The notes beneath the pieces were generated by a model. That model made no database searches. It saw only the letters and a list, made by a program, of their open reading frames with translations, and was not told where the DNA came from. Positions 18,177 through 28,727 of a stretch of 40,470 nt of DNA are shown here, in pieces. The DNA comes from a virus, in UHGV virus genome UHGV-0078430; one strand, 5' to 3'. Position 1 is the first letter of the stretch, and every line of letters begins with the position of its first letter. A program made the position numbers and the translations under genes.

Positions 18177-18520
18177 TATTTTACTTTTCGGCAGTCGTAT
18201 GTTGCATACTGACGCGGCGAATCCATGCTGGCTTGCAACCACTGTGCGTTGAGAATGGCTTTGCCGTTTCGATTGATGTACTCAAGACCAACCCATCTTC
18301 CAGGCTGATCGGTAGCCATACGCCAATCCATCTTGATATTGTTATAATCGCCTTTGTTTTTCAGGAAGGTGATTTTTTGCATTTCTGGCTTTGCGCCATT
18401 GATTCTGGCTAAGCCATCATCTGCCCAATGGATTTTAAAATCACCACATTGCTGATCCGCAAAAGCGGGTGCTGATATAAGCACCGCGAACACGGTAACA
18501 GTGCAAAGTAAATGTCTCAC
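18176..18520 (-). CDS. secreted/periplasmic protein of unknown function (moron)
   Basis: 114 aa with N-terminal signal peptide (MRHLLCTVTVFAVLISAPAFA), two Cys in mature part; inserted between baseplate genes. Confidence 0.5.
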   Translation of the reverse strand: MRHLLCTVTVFAVLISAPAFADQQCGDFKIHWADDGLARINGAKPEMQKITFLKNKGDYNNIKMDWRMATDQPGRWVGLEYINRNGKAILNAQWLQASMDSPRQYATYDCRKVK

Positions 18521-18532
18521 GGCCCCACCTCA

Positions 18533-19597
18533 CTAATTCGTCGTCCCTTGCATTGCTTTCGGGCTATAAAGATCACGAGCGCCACGCGCAAAACACATCA
18601 AATCCATGTACCACGCCTGACCTCTGGTGTCGCCAGTATAGTCGATAGCTTTGACGATATAAACGCCATCCGTCGCAATGCTGGCAGCCTGTGACGTCGT
18701 GCCGGTCAGCACACGGTTGCCGTTCTCTTCTGTTTCGGTGATACGCCCGGGCGACTGTGCTATTTCGCTATTGCCGAGCGTGGCGCGGTACACCGAAGCC
18801 TGATCGAGCTGGATAAGACCATTAATACGGATGTTTGGGTTTATCAGGCACCGCACGTTTACTCCGCCGCCCATCGTTTGTTGCGGCATACCGATCAGGC
18901 CAGTATTGGCATTCAACACAATGGCTTCGTGAATATATTTATCCTCCGGCACCATCTGGACCTGACCATCCACCAGTTGCCATGTCGCTTTGCACTGCGC
19001 AGCAATATTATCCATCACGTTGCGGCTGGATGAGTAAATCGCGCGGCCACGAGGAAACACGGTATCAGGAAAATCGCCGGTAATGCCCTGTGTCACGCCG
19101 AACGCGTTGAAATCCTGCATCGTCGCCCGGTGCAGATCCGCAACGGTATAGCCAGCGGCAAGCGTGGTGATGGTAGTCGCGTAGAGGAACGCTTCGTGGT
19201 TACTGATGGCCTGAATCAGCACCCAGGAATCGGTGATGTTGTCCTTCCCGGTGACGGTGAAGCGAATATCACCGTCAAATATCAGGCCGTAGTTCTGACC
19301 GTTCACCTGCCCTACCTGGTCTGGTGAAATCTCCCGGGCGACACCAACCTGGCTCGCATCAACATCCGGCGCAATACCGTCATACCCGGCAATGATGCGA
19401 ATTTTTGCAAACTCCTGCCCCAGTATCTTGTTCGTGGTATCGGTCGAAAGGTTGTAAATTTTCACGTTTGCCACGCGCGGCCAGCGTGTATCTGCCCACT
19501 CGATCTGGAACGTGACCTTAAAATCAGACAGGGAAATACCCTGCCCGTTCTGGTCCAACAGCTGCAACTCAAAATGGCGCATCCAGTTAAGAGACAT
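18533..19597 (-). CDS. putative baseplate hub protein (Mu gp44 / P2 gpD-like by position)
   Basis: 354 aa; located between tape-measure-proximal genes and V-like gene. Confidence 0.5.
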   Translation of the reverse strand: MSLNWMRHFELQLLDQNGQGISLSDFKVTFQIEWADTRWPRVANVKIYNLSTDTTNKILGQEFAKIRIIAGYDGIAPDVDASQVGVAREISPDQVGQVNGQNYGLIFDGDIRFTVTGKDNITDSWVLIQAISNHEAFLYATTITTLAAGYTVADLHRATMQDFNAFGVTQGITGDFPDTVFPRGRAIYSSSRNVMDNIAAQCKATWQLVDGQVQMVPEDKYIHEAIVLNANTGLIGMPQQTMGGGVNVRCLINPNIRINGLIQLDQASVYRATLGNSEIAQSPGRITETEENGNRVLTGTTSQAASIATDGVYIVKAIDYTGDTRGQAWYMDLMCFARGARDLYSPKAMQGTTN

Positions 19598-19599
19598 TT

Positions 19600-19905
19600 C
19601 TACTCCTGCACGAAAATGAGGTGGCTGTATGTGCCGAGGTTGGTTTTGGTGGGCTCGTCTGGTGCGCCCTTATCGGTCGCCACCACCAGCGCACCATCAA
19701 TGCCAAGCTGTGGAAATTGTCGTAAAAGGTTCACGCCGGTCAGTAGAGGTACGCCAGAGAGAAGCGCGGCACCGCCGCTATCCATCACGTCCATAATCCA
19801 ACCAGCCGCATCGCGCCAGATGATCCTGAGCGTATACGTAGTATTGCCCAGCAAAACGCGGAACTGCTGATTGTCAGGAGAAAGCGGTATTTCGTTAAAC
19901 TGCAT
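19600..19905 (-). CDS. tail-associated protein, unknown function
   Basis: 101-aa ORF tightly packed in tail operon. Confidence 0.45.
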   Translation of the reverse strand: MQFNEIPLSPDNQQFRVLLGNTTYTLRIIWRDAAGWIMDVMDSGGAALLSGVPLLTGVNLLRQFPQLGIDGALVVATDKGAPDEPTKTNLGTYSHLIFVQE

Positions 19906-19906
19906 A

Positions 19907-20509
19907 TCATCCCCCGAATGCTGATGTAACGCTTCCGCCCAGCTGGCTCAGCAAAGATTCGTTTGGCGGTGTAGTGGATTTCGTCCCGGAATTTTGCACC
20001 GCCGATGTGCTGACGCCATCCTGCATATCTGATTTATCAGCAACGCTAACGCTCTGCGTTTGCGACATGATCACTTCACGCAGGGTAAGCGTGCAGTTCA
20101 GCACGTTCTCGCTGGTTTTGTCCGTTGTCACCTCGATGGCTCTCACCAGCATATTGCTGTACACCCGCTTCCCGGTCACCACATCGAACGGCACCCGGGA
20201 GGACTGGAGATCCAGCAGTTGCTGATAGGTCTCTTTCGGGCTCAGTCCGGCGCTGAGGCCGATTGAAGATGTATCAATGAAGTCCAGCAACGAACCGCCC
20301 CCAGCGAAGCCGCATTCCATTGTGACTTCGCTGGGGCGCTTATACGCATGATCGGCGATGAAACCCGAGGCGCTATTCGTTGTTGGCTTCTCCACCGGGT
20401 GCTCAGTAATTTCGAGCGCATCAGAATGCTTTTCGGAAACGACCACGCTGGGGATCAGCAGGCCAATTCGCCGTGATTGCTGGCGAAAAATCGCTGATAA
20501 AATATCCAT
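19907..20509 (-). CDS. tail-associated protein, unknown function
   Basis: 200-aa ORF immediately downstream of tape measure gene. Confidence 0.45.
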   Translation of the reverse strand: MDILSAIFRQQSRRIGLLIPSVVVSEKHSDALEITEHPVEKPTTNSASGFIADHAYKRPSEVTMECGFAGGGSLLDFIDTSSIGLSAGLSPKETYQQLLDLQSSRVPFDVVTGKRVYSNMLVRAIEVTTDKTSENVLNCTLTLREVIMSQTQSVSVADKSDMQDGVSTSAVQNSGTKSTTPPNESLLSQLGGSVTSAFGG

Positions 20510-22776
20510 TATCTCGGTCCTGCGGGGAGTTGCTGGGTTAACTGTGAATTCACACCCTTTTGACGGTCAACAGTCAAACGGGCAGCTTCGCGAGGATCGG
20601 AAACGCCGTGGATGTTAATGTTCGTTTCCTGCTGAATCACCGGGGCGCTGGTGGGCATATTGCTCATTACTTTCGGAATGTAATTGCGCGTTTCCTGCGG
20701 CATTAGCCCCATTCCATAACGTTGAACGTTCCCGATTCCCCAGTTATATGATGCAAGTGCTTTGCTAAGGTCTCCGCCGTTCTGCCGCAATAGCTGGCTA
20801 AGGTACTTAGCGGCTGCCTGAGCTGACTTTTCCGGGTCGAACACATCGTTACCACGCAGGCCCATGTCTCGCGCCGTGCCATCCATGAACTGGAACAGCC
20901 CCTTTGCACCCGCGCCGGACATGGCGAACTGGTTACCACCTGACTCGGTTATCGCCACACTTTTCAATAGACCAGCTGGAAGTTGATAAAGCGACTCAAG
21001 TTTATTGAACATTGGCCCCATCCAGTCGAGCAATACTTTGCCCTGGGCTGTGGCCTGTGGACGTTTGACTGATTGCGCAAACTGGGAGGGGTCACCCGAT
21101 ATATTTGGAGAGATTTCAGCAGCTCCAGCCGGGGAGAAAAATAAATTACCGATTTTGGCAATCCCGTCTGAGATTTTTTCAAGATAACCATTAGCAGCCT
21201 GCTGACGGTTTTTTATTTCATCTCTTTCATGCGGGGCAATTTCATTACTACGAACATGCTGTTCCGCCCCGGGAATGTCAGGCTGAACATTATCGCCATA
21301 AACGACGCCATTGCTTTGCGCCTGACGAATAATCTTACCTGGGCCACCATGCAGCCAATCCATCCATGCGGGCCATTCTCTTACCTCGCTAACATCTTTT
21401 CGCCCAAGGTCGGTTTTGATGCCAACCGTAGCAAGAGCATCACCAATGTTCCTTTTGGTATAGTCCAAAGATGATTTAGCACTGGCTTTTATGTTTTCAC
21501 GATCTGAAACCAGGTAACCAGCATACGCTCCCCATAATTTAAGCCATGGAGGTATCGGAAGACCGGATATTTTTGCGAATGCTCCCAATACTTTTGTTAC
21601 CCATACCCCAGCGATGAAAGTAGCCAAAATTTCCAGCGAGTTCTGCCATCCACCAACAGAATCTTTCAGCCCCAGAAGCTTATCGCGCAGCCAGAGAATT
21701 GCCTTTTTCGCCTTTTCTATTGCAGGCTCCCACTTGGACCAGTCAATCAGGCTTTTACCGCCTTCTTTCCACGTCTGATAATCGTCATAGAGTAATCCGA
21801 TCGCCAGAATCAGCGTGGTGATAATTCCAATCGGGGATTTCAGGAACGCAGAATTAAGCAGACGCCATGCGACAAGTAGAGCACCGAATATTTTCAGCAG
21901 ATTTTTACTGCCATCGTCAAGACGCTTCCACCAGTCAATGACAGAGCCAGCGCCCTGTATGAGCCGCCACGCCATTCGCGTGAAGGCGTTCGCAAGCCAG
22001 ATCACGCCTTTAATAACTCTGGTCAGCGTCTCTTCAATCTTCGGGAAGTTGTCGAGGATGCGCCGCCGCAGGCTGTCCAGCGAACCAGCAAGACCACCAG
22101 CGAGGTTTGAGCCGATCTTGTCCCGCATAATGCCGAACAGCGACGTAAGCCCGCGCATGGACGTCATGAATTTATTGGACTGCACAGCCGCCTTATCAGC
22201 GTTGAACCCAGTCTTTTGCAGCATAGACTGGTAATCGGCGGTAAAGCCATTCATGCCGCGCCGCATCGCCATCAGCGTGTTTTCATCGATGCCAAGCATC
22301 TGCGCGTATTGCTTCGCGCGGTAATACGGCATGTTGTTGAGCTTTTGCCCAACGCCAGTAAAGATGGCCGCAGTATCACGCATCTTTCCGCTGGCATCTC
22401 GGGTCTGGACACCAAGACGGTTCAGGAAGCCTTCCGCCCCCGGATTGCTACGCATGAAACCGGCCAGCCCTTCGAGGGAGGACATGGCCGACTCGGCGCT
22501 GGCACCGGTTTGCGACGCGGCATAGCCCAGCGCTTTGATGCCCTGGACGCTGGCCCCCGTCCGTTGGGATGCCCAGTAAATTTTATCCAGACCATTCGCG
22601 ATCTGGGTGGTAAATCCGACAATGCTCAGCGCTGCGCCTTCCACCACCGCGCCGACCTTCAGAACGTTTGCGGTAACGCCTTTCAGCACGGCTTCAAACT
22701 TATTAGCGCCAGCCTGATCGATATCGAATCCCAGCGAAACAAGGAAGTCTTTAATCGTATCTGCGTTACCGCTCAT
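20509..22776 (-). CDS. tail tape measure protein with C-terminal lytic transglycosylase (SLT) domain
   Basis: 755 aa; hydrophobic segments; C-terminal ITESGGNQFAMSGAGAKGLFQFMDGTA motif characteristic of SLT-type transglycosylases; preceded by chaperone gene with frameshift site. Confidence 0.75.
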   Translation of the reverse strand: MSGNADTIKDFLVSLGFDIDQAGANKFEAVLKGVTANVLKVGAVVEGAALSIVGFTTQIANGLDKIYWASQRTGASVQGIKALGYAASQTGASAESAMSSLEGLAGFMRSNPGAEGFLNRLGVQTRDASGKMRDTAAIFTGVGQKLNNMPYYRAKQYAQMLGIDENTLMAMRRGMNGFTADYQSMLQKTGFNADKAAVQSNKFMTSMRGLTSLFGIMRDKIGSNLAGGLAGSLDSLRRRILDNFPKIEETLTRVIKGVIWLANAFTRMAWRLIQGAGSVIDWWKRLDDGSKNLLKIFGALLVAWRLLNSAFLKSPIGIITTLILAIGLLYDDYQTWKEGGKSLIDWSKWEPAIEKAKKAILWLRDKLLGLKDSVGGWQNSLEILATFIAGVWVTKVLGAFAKISGLPIPPWLKLWGAYAGYLVSDRENIKASAKSSLDYTKRNIGDALATVGIKTDLGRKDVSEVREWPAWMDWLHGGPGKIIRQAQSNGVVYGDNVQPDIPGAEQHVRSNEIAPHERDEIKNRQQAANGYLEKISDGIAKIGNLFFSPAGAAEISPNISGDPSQFAQSVKRPQATAQGKVLLDWMGPMFNKLESLYQLPAGLLKSVAITESGGNQFAMSGAGAKGLFQFMDGTARDMGLRGNDVFDPEKSAQAAAKYLSQLLRQNGGDLSKALASYNWGIGNVQRYGMGLMPQETRNYIPKVMSNMPTSAPVIQQETNINIHGVSDPREAARLTVDRQKGVNSQLTQQLPAGPR

Positions 22777-22953
22777 TGGCCGCTCTCCATTTATCTACCC
22801 GGGCGTCGTTATCCTCGCGCATGTCGAGGTAGTCATTGAGAAGCGCGATACGGCAGAGGTCTACCGCACCGCTGTTAAGGTCTTTCTGGTCAATATGGAA
22901 GGCAAGCGCCGGACGAAGAATAAAGTCTTCACCGCCCGGCAGGCTGTTGAAGG

Positions 22954-23379
22954 TTATTCCGCTGGCGGGGTGGGCGTCTCGCTGGTAGGGAGTCCTTGCA
23001 AAAAATTTCCCAGCGAGTCGGCGACCACCCGCGCCACCAGTTGCAGCATGGTAAGCAGGTCGATATCGTCAAACGCCATTTCGCCATGCTGGCAGACCGG
23101 CACCCAGCCTTTCATGTGCTCGCGTGAAACAACGGAAAGACAGGGGAACAGGATAGCGTCCACGTCGCCATCACTCAGATCGGACACAGCATTGGCAATC
23201 TTTGGCAGGATGGTAGCCATCGCGCCTTCGGTGTCTTTGCTGCTGATCTTCTCCTGAACGCTCCGGAAGTCCGAAACCATCCCGGCCAGAACCGGCAACA
23301 GCTTGCGGGACACCTTCAGCTGTTCGAAAACGCTGAGCTTTGCGGTGCGATATTTCACGCCTTTAATTTCGAATTCCAT
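22954..23379 (-). CDS. tail assembly chaperone (G-like), zero-frame product
   Basis: 141-aa ORF between tube gene and tape measure gene; slippery heptamer near 3' end. Confidence 0.6.
   Translation of the reverse strand: MEFEIKGVKYRTAKLSVFEQLKVSRKLLPVLAGMVSDFRSVQEKISSKDTEGAMATILPKIANAVSDLSDGDVDAILFPCLSVVSREHMKGWVPVCQHGEMAFDDIDLLTMLQLVARVVADSLGNFLQGLPTSETPTPPAE
22999..23005 (-). other. candidate -1 programmed frameshift slippery heptamer T_TTT_TTG
   Basis: in-frame heptamer about 15 codons before chaperone stop; -1 frame is open for 77 codons ending at 22766-22768, overlapping tape-measure start. Confidence 0.5.
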
Positions 23380-23382
23380 GCG

Positions 23383-23823
23383 TTAAAACTCCCCGAGAAG
23401 CTGGTCAATCTTGCCGCAGTCGAATACCCAGGCAACGGTTCCGCCCTCTTCAGCGTTATTGAAATCAGGCTGTTTCTGGAATGCACACGAACGCGCAGTA
23501 GAAATATCACCCGATGCCGTGTTGCGAATGACGATCACGTTATTGCCCCAGGTGGCAGAGGACTGGCTTTGCGCGTTATACGCCAGAGACAGCTTTTTAT
23601 TCACCGGGGAGGTTTTGAGTAGCGTCACCGTAATGGTGCCTGACTTATCGGCGTGCAGGCTGTGCATCACCTCGCCGTCGGCACCGATGGTCATGGTGTT
23701 TTTGTTGCCGCCCATGGTCTGGGTGATACCTTCCTCAGAGTTCGCAGAACCCTGACCAAGATCGATAACGCCGGTCGGCCCGGTGAGCGACGCGGTTACA
23801 TCGAGAAAAGAATAAGTTGCCAT
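23383..23823 (-). CDS. putative tail tube protein
   Basis: 146 aa, directly downstream of sheath-like gene and upstream of chaperone; resembles DUF3277-type tube proteins from memory. Confidence 0.5.
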   Translation of the reverse strand: MATYSFLDVTASLTGPTGVIDLGQGSANSEEGITQTMGGNKNTMTIGADGEVMHSLHADKSGTITVTLLKTSPVNKKLSLAYNAQSQSSATWGNNVIVIRNTASGDISTARSCAFQKQPDFNNAEEGGTVAWVFDCGKIDQLLGEF

Positions 23824-23833
23824 TTATCGCTCC

Positions 23834-24994
23834 TTAGCGAACCACGTTGATCTGCACATCGGCGTAATGAACTGCGCCAGCCAGCTTACAAGCCACCTGG
23901 ATTAACGGCGCTTTGCGTGCTTCTCGGTCAGCCTGTGCTTGCTCGGAAAGAGGTTGCGCATACACGTAATAACCTTTTGTCAGCGTATCGCCGGAATTCA
24001 GTTGCCCGATAGGGCCACCATTCCACACGCCAGCCGCTACCAGACCGTTCGTGACGGACTGATCCATGGACTGTTCAACGTTGGAAAGCAGACGGGTCAC
24101 ACCGGCATCAGTCTGCGGAATTTTGGTGGTGCTGGTGTAAAGCAGGTTATAGAGGTTGGTCTGAACGTAGTTCTGCAACCAGTCGAGCCCGTGGCGCTCG
24201 TCGAAGAAGTCACCGTTCGCCATGACACCCTGTTGCAGGATCGCCGTGTCGTTGGCGTAGTACACGAACACGTTCGCATTCTTCGCATCCACAGCCGCCG
24301 CCTGTCCTACCGTCAGCGTTTCGTAGGTTACGCTCGGTTCCTGTTTGAATTTCAGGGTAATGGTGGTATTGCTGCCGTTGAAATTGACAGTAAACGCGCG
24401 ACCGAAAGCTGAAACCGCCGCATAAGGGCTGCTGGTGGAATATTGAATAAAGGTACGGGAATACTTACCGGCCTTTAATTTAGACGCAACATCGGTCGTC
24501 GAAGTCGTGCTGATGATCTCAGCGTCGGCTGACGTTACCCCGAAAATGCGGCTCAGGCTGGACGCTTCGATGAGTTTAGCAACCTCAATCACGTCGTCAG
24601 CATCAAGCACATCATCGCCATCAGCAACATCATCAGCGACAACCAGCCCATACCAGTTGGTATACTGCAGGCAGGCATTAACAGCTTGCACGATGGTTTC
24701 CACGCTTCCACCTTCGGAAGAGGTCAGCGTCTTCGCCCAGCGGCCAACATAAACCTGCGTCGGCTTCGGCGACTGGCTGAAGAAAACCTGCGCCGCTTCA
24801 TATTCCGGGCTGTCGACTCCGAAGTCCTCGCCAATGTCCTCAACGGACGCATAAAGGCGAACGCGCTCCTGCACCGGAATGACAGTGGAAGAACCGAGGA
24901 TCAGCAGTGCGCCGAAGTTACGACCAGTAGCCGCTTTCGGCGAGATGATCACATCAACGTTTACAACGTTGGATACAGGTAAGCCCTGCGTCAT
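23834..24994 (-). CDS. putative tail sheath protein
   Basis: 386 aa, first gene of tail module, upstream of tube-like gene; resembles DUF3383-type sheath proteins from memory. Confidence 0.5.
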   Translation of the reverse strand: MTQGLPVSNVVNVDVIISPKAATGRNFGALLILGSSTVIPVQERVRLYASVEDIGEDFGVDSPEYEAAQVFFSQSPKPTQVYVGRWAKTLTSSEGGSVETIVQAVNACLQYTNWYGLVVADDVADGDDVLDADDVIEVAKLIEASSLSRIFGVTSADAEIISTTSTTDVASKLKAGKYSRTFIQYSTSSPYAAVSAFGRAFTVNFNGSNTTITLKFKQEPSVTYETLTVGQAAAVDAKNANVFVYYANDTAILQQGVMANGDFFDERHGLDWLQNYVQTNLYNLLYTSTTKIPQTDAGVTRLLSNVEQSMDQSVTNGLVAAGVWNGGPIGQLNSGDTLTKGYYVYAQPLSEQAQADREARKAPLIQVACKLAGAVHYADVQINVVR

Positions 24995-24997
24995 AGT

Positions 24998-25603
24998 TTA
25001 TTCTCCAAAAAAGGTGACTGGCGCTTCCACCAGCGATTTAATGCCGTACTCGCGCACGACCTTCCGGCGCAGGCGCACCGTCATGTCGTAGCGGCGAACC
25101 CATTGCTGGTTGATAAGTTCGGGGAAAGGGGTCAGACCGGTATAGTCGCCCAGAGACAAACCAAGCGCGTTCAGCTCAGCATTGTTTTGCGGGACAGATA
25201 TGCCATCGCGAAAACGGGACGCATAAGACATACCAGCCGGGCCATAGAACGACGCCATGCACTCGAACGTTTCATGCCGCCAGAGCTGAGCGCCCTCGTC
25301 GGTCTGATTGGTGAATGCAGGGTTGTTATCAATGAGCAACCCGGTAACGCCAAACGCGCACCAGTTCGTTTCAACGGGTGGCAGTGGCGGCTGATTTTTC
25401 TGCCAGCGCGGACGAACCATTCCAGACGGCAAGCCGGAAACATTGCGCATCCACTGGCTTAGCAGCCTGTCGAGCGCTTCGTCATAATCCGGATCGCCAC
25501 TGGTTGGTATCAGCCAGCCGCGCTCTGTGCTGGTGTTATTGCTCAATGGGAGTTCCCCCATCAAACGGCAGTAATTCACAATGAGCCTGGACGAAGCCAG
25601 CAC
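24998..25603 (-). CDS. head-tail joining / neck protein, unknown family
   Basis: 201-aa ORF between head and tail modules; real start may be internal (MGELPLS). Confidence 0.4.
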   Translation of the reverse strand: MLASSRLIVNYCRLMGELPLSNNTSTERGWLIPTSGDPDYDEALDRLLSQWMRNVSGLPSGMVRPRWQKNQPPLPPVETNWCAFGVTGLLIDNNPAFTNQTDEGAQLWRHETFECMASFYGPAGMSYASRFRDGISVPQNNAELNALGLSLGDYTGLTPFPELINQQWVRRYDMTVRLRRKVVREYGIKSLVEAPVTFFGE

Positions 25604-25925
25604 CGTAAGCCGTATACGGGTCGACGAATGTCACGCGATAATCACGGTTCTGATACGTCACGATATCGGCATCACGGCCAGTCTGCCCCTGCGTCAGCCG
25701 CTCAGTTGTCACGATGAGAATCGCGCCGCTGATAACCTGCCCGGCCTGCATGCGGCGGTTTTCCAGGGAGCGGTCAACAGTAACAACCCCGGCAAACTGC
25801 GTTTTAACTTCGCTGTCGCTGCCGATCCCGTCATCGTCCACCGTTTGCGCGCGACGCGTTACCCACAGGTTGAAGTCGCAAAAATCGGGGTCAAAAAGCA
25901 CATCTGTTACATCAAGATTCGGCAT
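25536..25925 (-). CDS. head-tail connector protein, unknown family
   Basis: 129-aa ORF in neck region, overlaps neighbours. Confidence 0.4.
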   Translation of the reverse strand: MPNLDVTDVLFDPDFCDFNLWVTRRAQTVDDDGIGSDSEVKTQFAGVVTVDRSLENRRMQAGQVISGAILIVTTERLTQGQTGRDADIVTYQNRDYRVTFVDPYTAYGAGFVQAHCELLPFDGGTPIEQ

Positions 25926-26466
25926 CTTTATCCCTCACAATATGGGTAATAGCTCTGCGATATTGCCCGGTGTCGATTAGCGGTTTCACCAGATCGGTTC
26001 CAGGAGACTCACCAGCAGCGCGCCGCGCAAGTTCCTCTTTTGCCCCTTTGCGCCCACGGCGTGCGCGTGCTTCAACGGTGCTATCAGCAAGCGGTGTAAA
26101 GCCGGTAATGGTCATGTAACGCCTGACGCCATTCGCGGCCAGCATTCCGGCGCGGTTAAGCGCTCTTTCCGCACCCGCCGCATTTCCATCAAGCGCAGCC
26201 TGCGCCGCTGCTTTAAGCTGCGGCACTGTCTGTTCCTCTACCGATTTAACGCCGGGGATCAGGTGCGGGCGTGGGGGGATATTTTGCGCCGGTGAGCCGT
26301 ATTCATTGACGTAGCCGATCCCCGCATTACCAAACGGAACATCTTCACGCTCGCTGTCTTCCGAAGGGATGCCGACCAACACATCCTTTTTGGTTAGCGA
26401 CCTGAGCGCATCCAGAATGGCCTGAGCGTTATCCACCCTCGTTGTTACACCGCTTTTGAAACTCAT
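25912..26466 (-). CDS. head completion / tail terminator-like protein
   Basis: 184-aa ORF in neck region. Confidence 0.4.
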   Translation of the reverse strand: MSFKSGVTTRVDNAQAILDALRSLTKKDVLVGIPSEDSEREDVPFGNAGIGYVNEYGSPAQNIPPRPHLIPGVKSVEEQTVPQLKAAAQAALDGNAAGAERALNRAGMLAANGVRRYMTITGFTPLADSTVEARARRGRKGAKEELARRAAGESPGTDLVKPLIDTGQYRRAITHIVRDKDAES

Positions 26467-26906
26467 AGCTGGCGACCGCCTGCACCGAACATCGTGATCA
26501 GCTGATAAAATTCAGCGCCATATCGGGTGTTATTCCAGAAGCCTGCGTCAGGGTTTAGCGTCGCGCTGGTGTCATAGCTGACGCTTACCTTGTCAACGGA
26601 CTTGGAGGACTGAACACCATTGGTTGAACCGCCCGGGCCGCCAACCAGCATCGCCCGGCTATCTGCCGCCCAAAGCGTCATGTAGTGCGCAACGAACAAC
26701 TCGGCAAAATAAGGAAACAACTTTTTGCCGGTGACGTTTTCGCTCAGCAGCACATCGGCCAGATTCAGACGAAACTGGATTTGTGCTTCGGGATATTTGG
26801 CAGGGTCAGCAAACTGTGGAAAGTCGCGCCGAAAATCACTTACTGTTGGCAGGCTTTGATTCTTTGGCATCTTTCGCCCCATTACCGCCAGTCTGTGCGG
26901 CAGCAA
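26463..26906 (-). CDS. head-tail connector protein, unknown family
   Basis: 147-aa ORF; 5' end overlaps upstream ORF so start probably internal (MPKNQS). Confidence 0.4.
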   Translation of the reverse strand: MLPHRLAVMGRKMPKNQSLPTVSDFRRDFPQFADPAKYPEAQIQFRLNLADVLLSENVTGKKLFPYFAELFVAHYMTLWAADSRAMLVGGPGGSTNGVQSSKSVDKVSVSYDTSATLNPDAGFWNNTRYGAEFYQLITMFGAGGRQL

Positions 26907-27225
26907 TCTGCGCTTGCAGGCTGTCGTTCTGCTCTTGCAGCTTGAGCAGCGCTTCTTTCAGGTCGGCAATCAACTGATCTTTATCGATAATCTGCTTATC
27001 TTTGTCGGCAATCTGAGCTTGCAGGCTGTCGATAATGGGTTGCAGATCATCGGTGTCGCTAATCACGCTTTCGGAAAGCTCGGAGTGCGCCTGGGTGAAC
27101 CAGTGCGACGCGACCTCTTCCGGTACGTTATGCCGTCCCCGGCCAAACTCCCTTTTTGACTGATCGCCGAGCGTCAGCGTAAACGGGGTGTGAACATGGA
27201 TGGTAACCAGCTTTTCTTTCGCCAT
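26836..27225 (-). CDS. coiled-coil protein downstream of capsid gene
   Basis: 129 aa with Gln/Asp/Lys-rich heptad-like C-terminal half. Confidence 0.4.
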   Translation of the reverse strand: MAKEKLVTIHVHTPFTLTLGDQSKREFGRGRHNVPEEVASHWFTQAHSELSESVISDTDDLQPIIDSLQAQIADKDKQIIDKDQLIADLKEALLKLQEQNDSLQAQIAAAQTGGNGAKDAKESKPANSK

Positions 27226-27266
27226 TTTCAGTTCCCTTCTGGCCCCTTTCGGGGCCGTTCTGGTTA

Positions 27267-28208
27267 TCAGATACCGTCCACGTAGGACAGGGTTTCTTTG
27301 TACACTGGCTCAACCGCACCGAGCTTGCCGTAGTAGGTCGCAATCTGATACAGACCGCGATACTGGACAGGAACGCTCTGCAACGGCACCAGCGGATAGC
27401 GCACGTATTTCTTGTCGTTGGTGTAGGCGATCATACGGTCTTTACCGCCAACCCCACGCCCTTTCAGCCATTTGACCGCTTTGATTTCAAGCGGAACGCC
27501 GTTCTGGTGGAAAGCGATAGTGTTCACAGCCAGATAGGTCAGCAGTGACTGGTTACCCGCTTCGGAAACCTTACGGCTCGCCAGCAGTGAATACTGCTCT
27601 GGCGGAATGCGCAGATCAGAAGGCACGATGGAATAACCGGATGCTGCCCAGGCATTAGACAGAATGCTGTTCACGCTATCGAGGATCTCGTCGTTGGTTG
27701 AGTTCGCCCAGGTCTTCGGCGCGTTGTTCAGCGTCACACCGACGAGGTTTGCCAGACCTTTCAGGCCGAGTGCGTCATCACCGATGTAAACCTGCTCGTC
27801 GTTGTCCATCTGCCATTTGAGCTGCATCCCGTCGTACTTCTGGGTATCAATCGGGCGGCCTACCTGCTGAGCAGCTGCCAGCTCTACAACGGTCCAGCCC
27901 AGTTCCATACCCCAGAGGTTCAGTGGATTGCCGTCTTTGCTGATATCCACGTTCACGCCAGCAATAGCGGTGGAGTCTTTGCCTACCCAGTTTTTACCAT
28001 TCGGATTTGCACCAGTACCCGCAGCGGCGAAGCTGGTATTCGTCCAGCTGGAAATGTCATCTGCGATAGACACGTCTTCACGCAGTTGAATATCTCGGGT
28101 CCAGGTGTACCCCACCAGAGGCAGGTTCAGCGTCTGGTCGAGTCGCTCCAGCTCCCCGATGAGAAAGGCACCAGAGCTATCAACGGTTGCCTGATCAAAA
28201 GTAATCAT
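27267..28208 (-). CDS. major capsid protein
   Basis: 313 aa, position after scaffold-like and decoration-like genes; sequence resembles DUF2184-type capsid proteins from memory. Confidence 0.6.
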   Translation of the reverse strand: MITFDQATVDSSGAFLIGELERLDQTLNLPLVGYTWTRDIQLREDVSIADDISSWTNTSFAAAGTGANPNGKNWVGKDSTAIAGVNVDISKDGNPLNLWGMELGWTVVELAAAQQVGRPIDTQKYDGMQLKWQMDNDEQVYIGDDALGLKGLANLVGVTLNNAPKTWANSTNDEILDSVNSILSNAWAASGYSIVPSDLRIPPEQYSLLASRKVSEAGNQSLLTYLAVNTIAFHQNGVPLEIKAVKWLKGRGVGGKDRMIAYTNDKKYVRYPLVPLQSVPVQYRGLYQIATYYGKLGAVEPVYKETLSYVDGI

Positions 28209-28219
28209 TCGTCTGTTCC

Positions 28220-28723
28220 TTAAATCTTCCAGGAGATTTCTGCATTGCCGTTAGCGTCACCGGCCCCTGTGAATTCGGCGTTGGTCAGCGCCACGTTTTT
28301 GCCACTGACGGACGTGGACATGAAGCCGCCCAGCGGCACTTTGATGGATTCATCAGTGGAGACGACAACGTATACCGGGTCGCCTTTTTTGATGGTGCTG
28401 GCATCAAAATCAGAACCGAGATTAACGGTCATGTAGCCACGCTTCATGGCGTCACCCGGGAAGTTCTTATCCGTCCCCACCTGGCGAACCATGTCTGGCT
28501 GCGATGTGGTCGGATACGGACGAACGTAGATCCCCTTCACCTTGTCGGCGGTGTCACCGTCCGCCAGCGGCACGAAAAAGCCGTCAGCGTCATATTTGCC
28601 AGCCAGACCATAGGCAGCGAAGGCGTTAGCGGATTTAAGGATCACCGGCTCGACGGTTAAATCCTGCGGGCGAGAGATAGCCCCGGCAATGCCAACAGGC
28701 ATCCGGTACAAATATGCAGTCAT
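28220..28723 (-). CDS. capsid-associated structural protein
   Basis: 167-aa ORF immediately upstream of major capsid gene. Confidence 0.45.
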   Translation of the reverse strand: MTAYLYRMPVGIAGAISRPQDLTVEPVILKSANAFAAYGLAGKYDADGFFVPLADGDTADKVKGIYVRPYPTTSQPDMVRQVGTDKNFPGDAMKRGYMTVNLGSDFDASTIKKGDPVYVVVSTDESIKVPLGGFMSTSVSGKNVALTNAEFTGAGDANGNAEISWKI

Positions 28724-28727
28724 TGGA

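Noticed and set aside
22216-22839. 207-aa plus-strand ORF (and the similar 21815-22234 ORF) inside the tape-measure gene
   Set aside because: Antisense to a well-supported minus-strand gene in a GC-rich region where long shadow ORFs are expected; no RBS or motif support.
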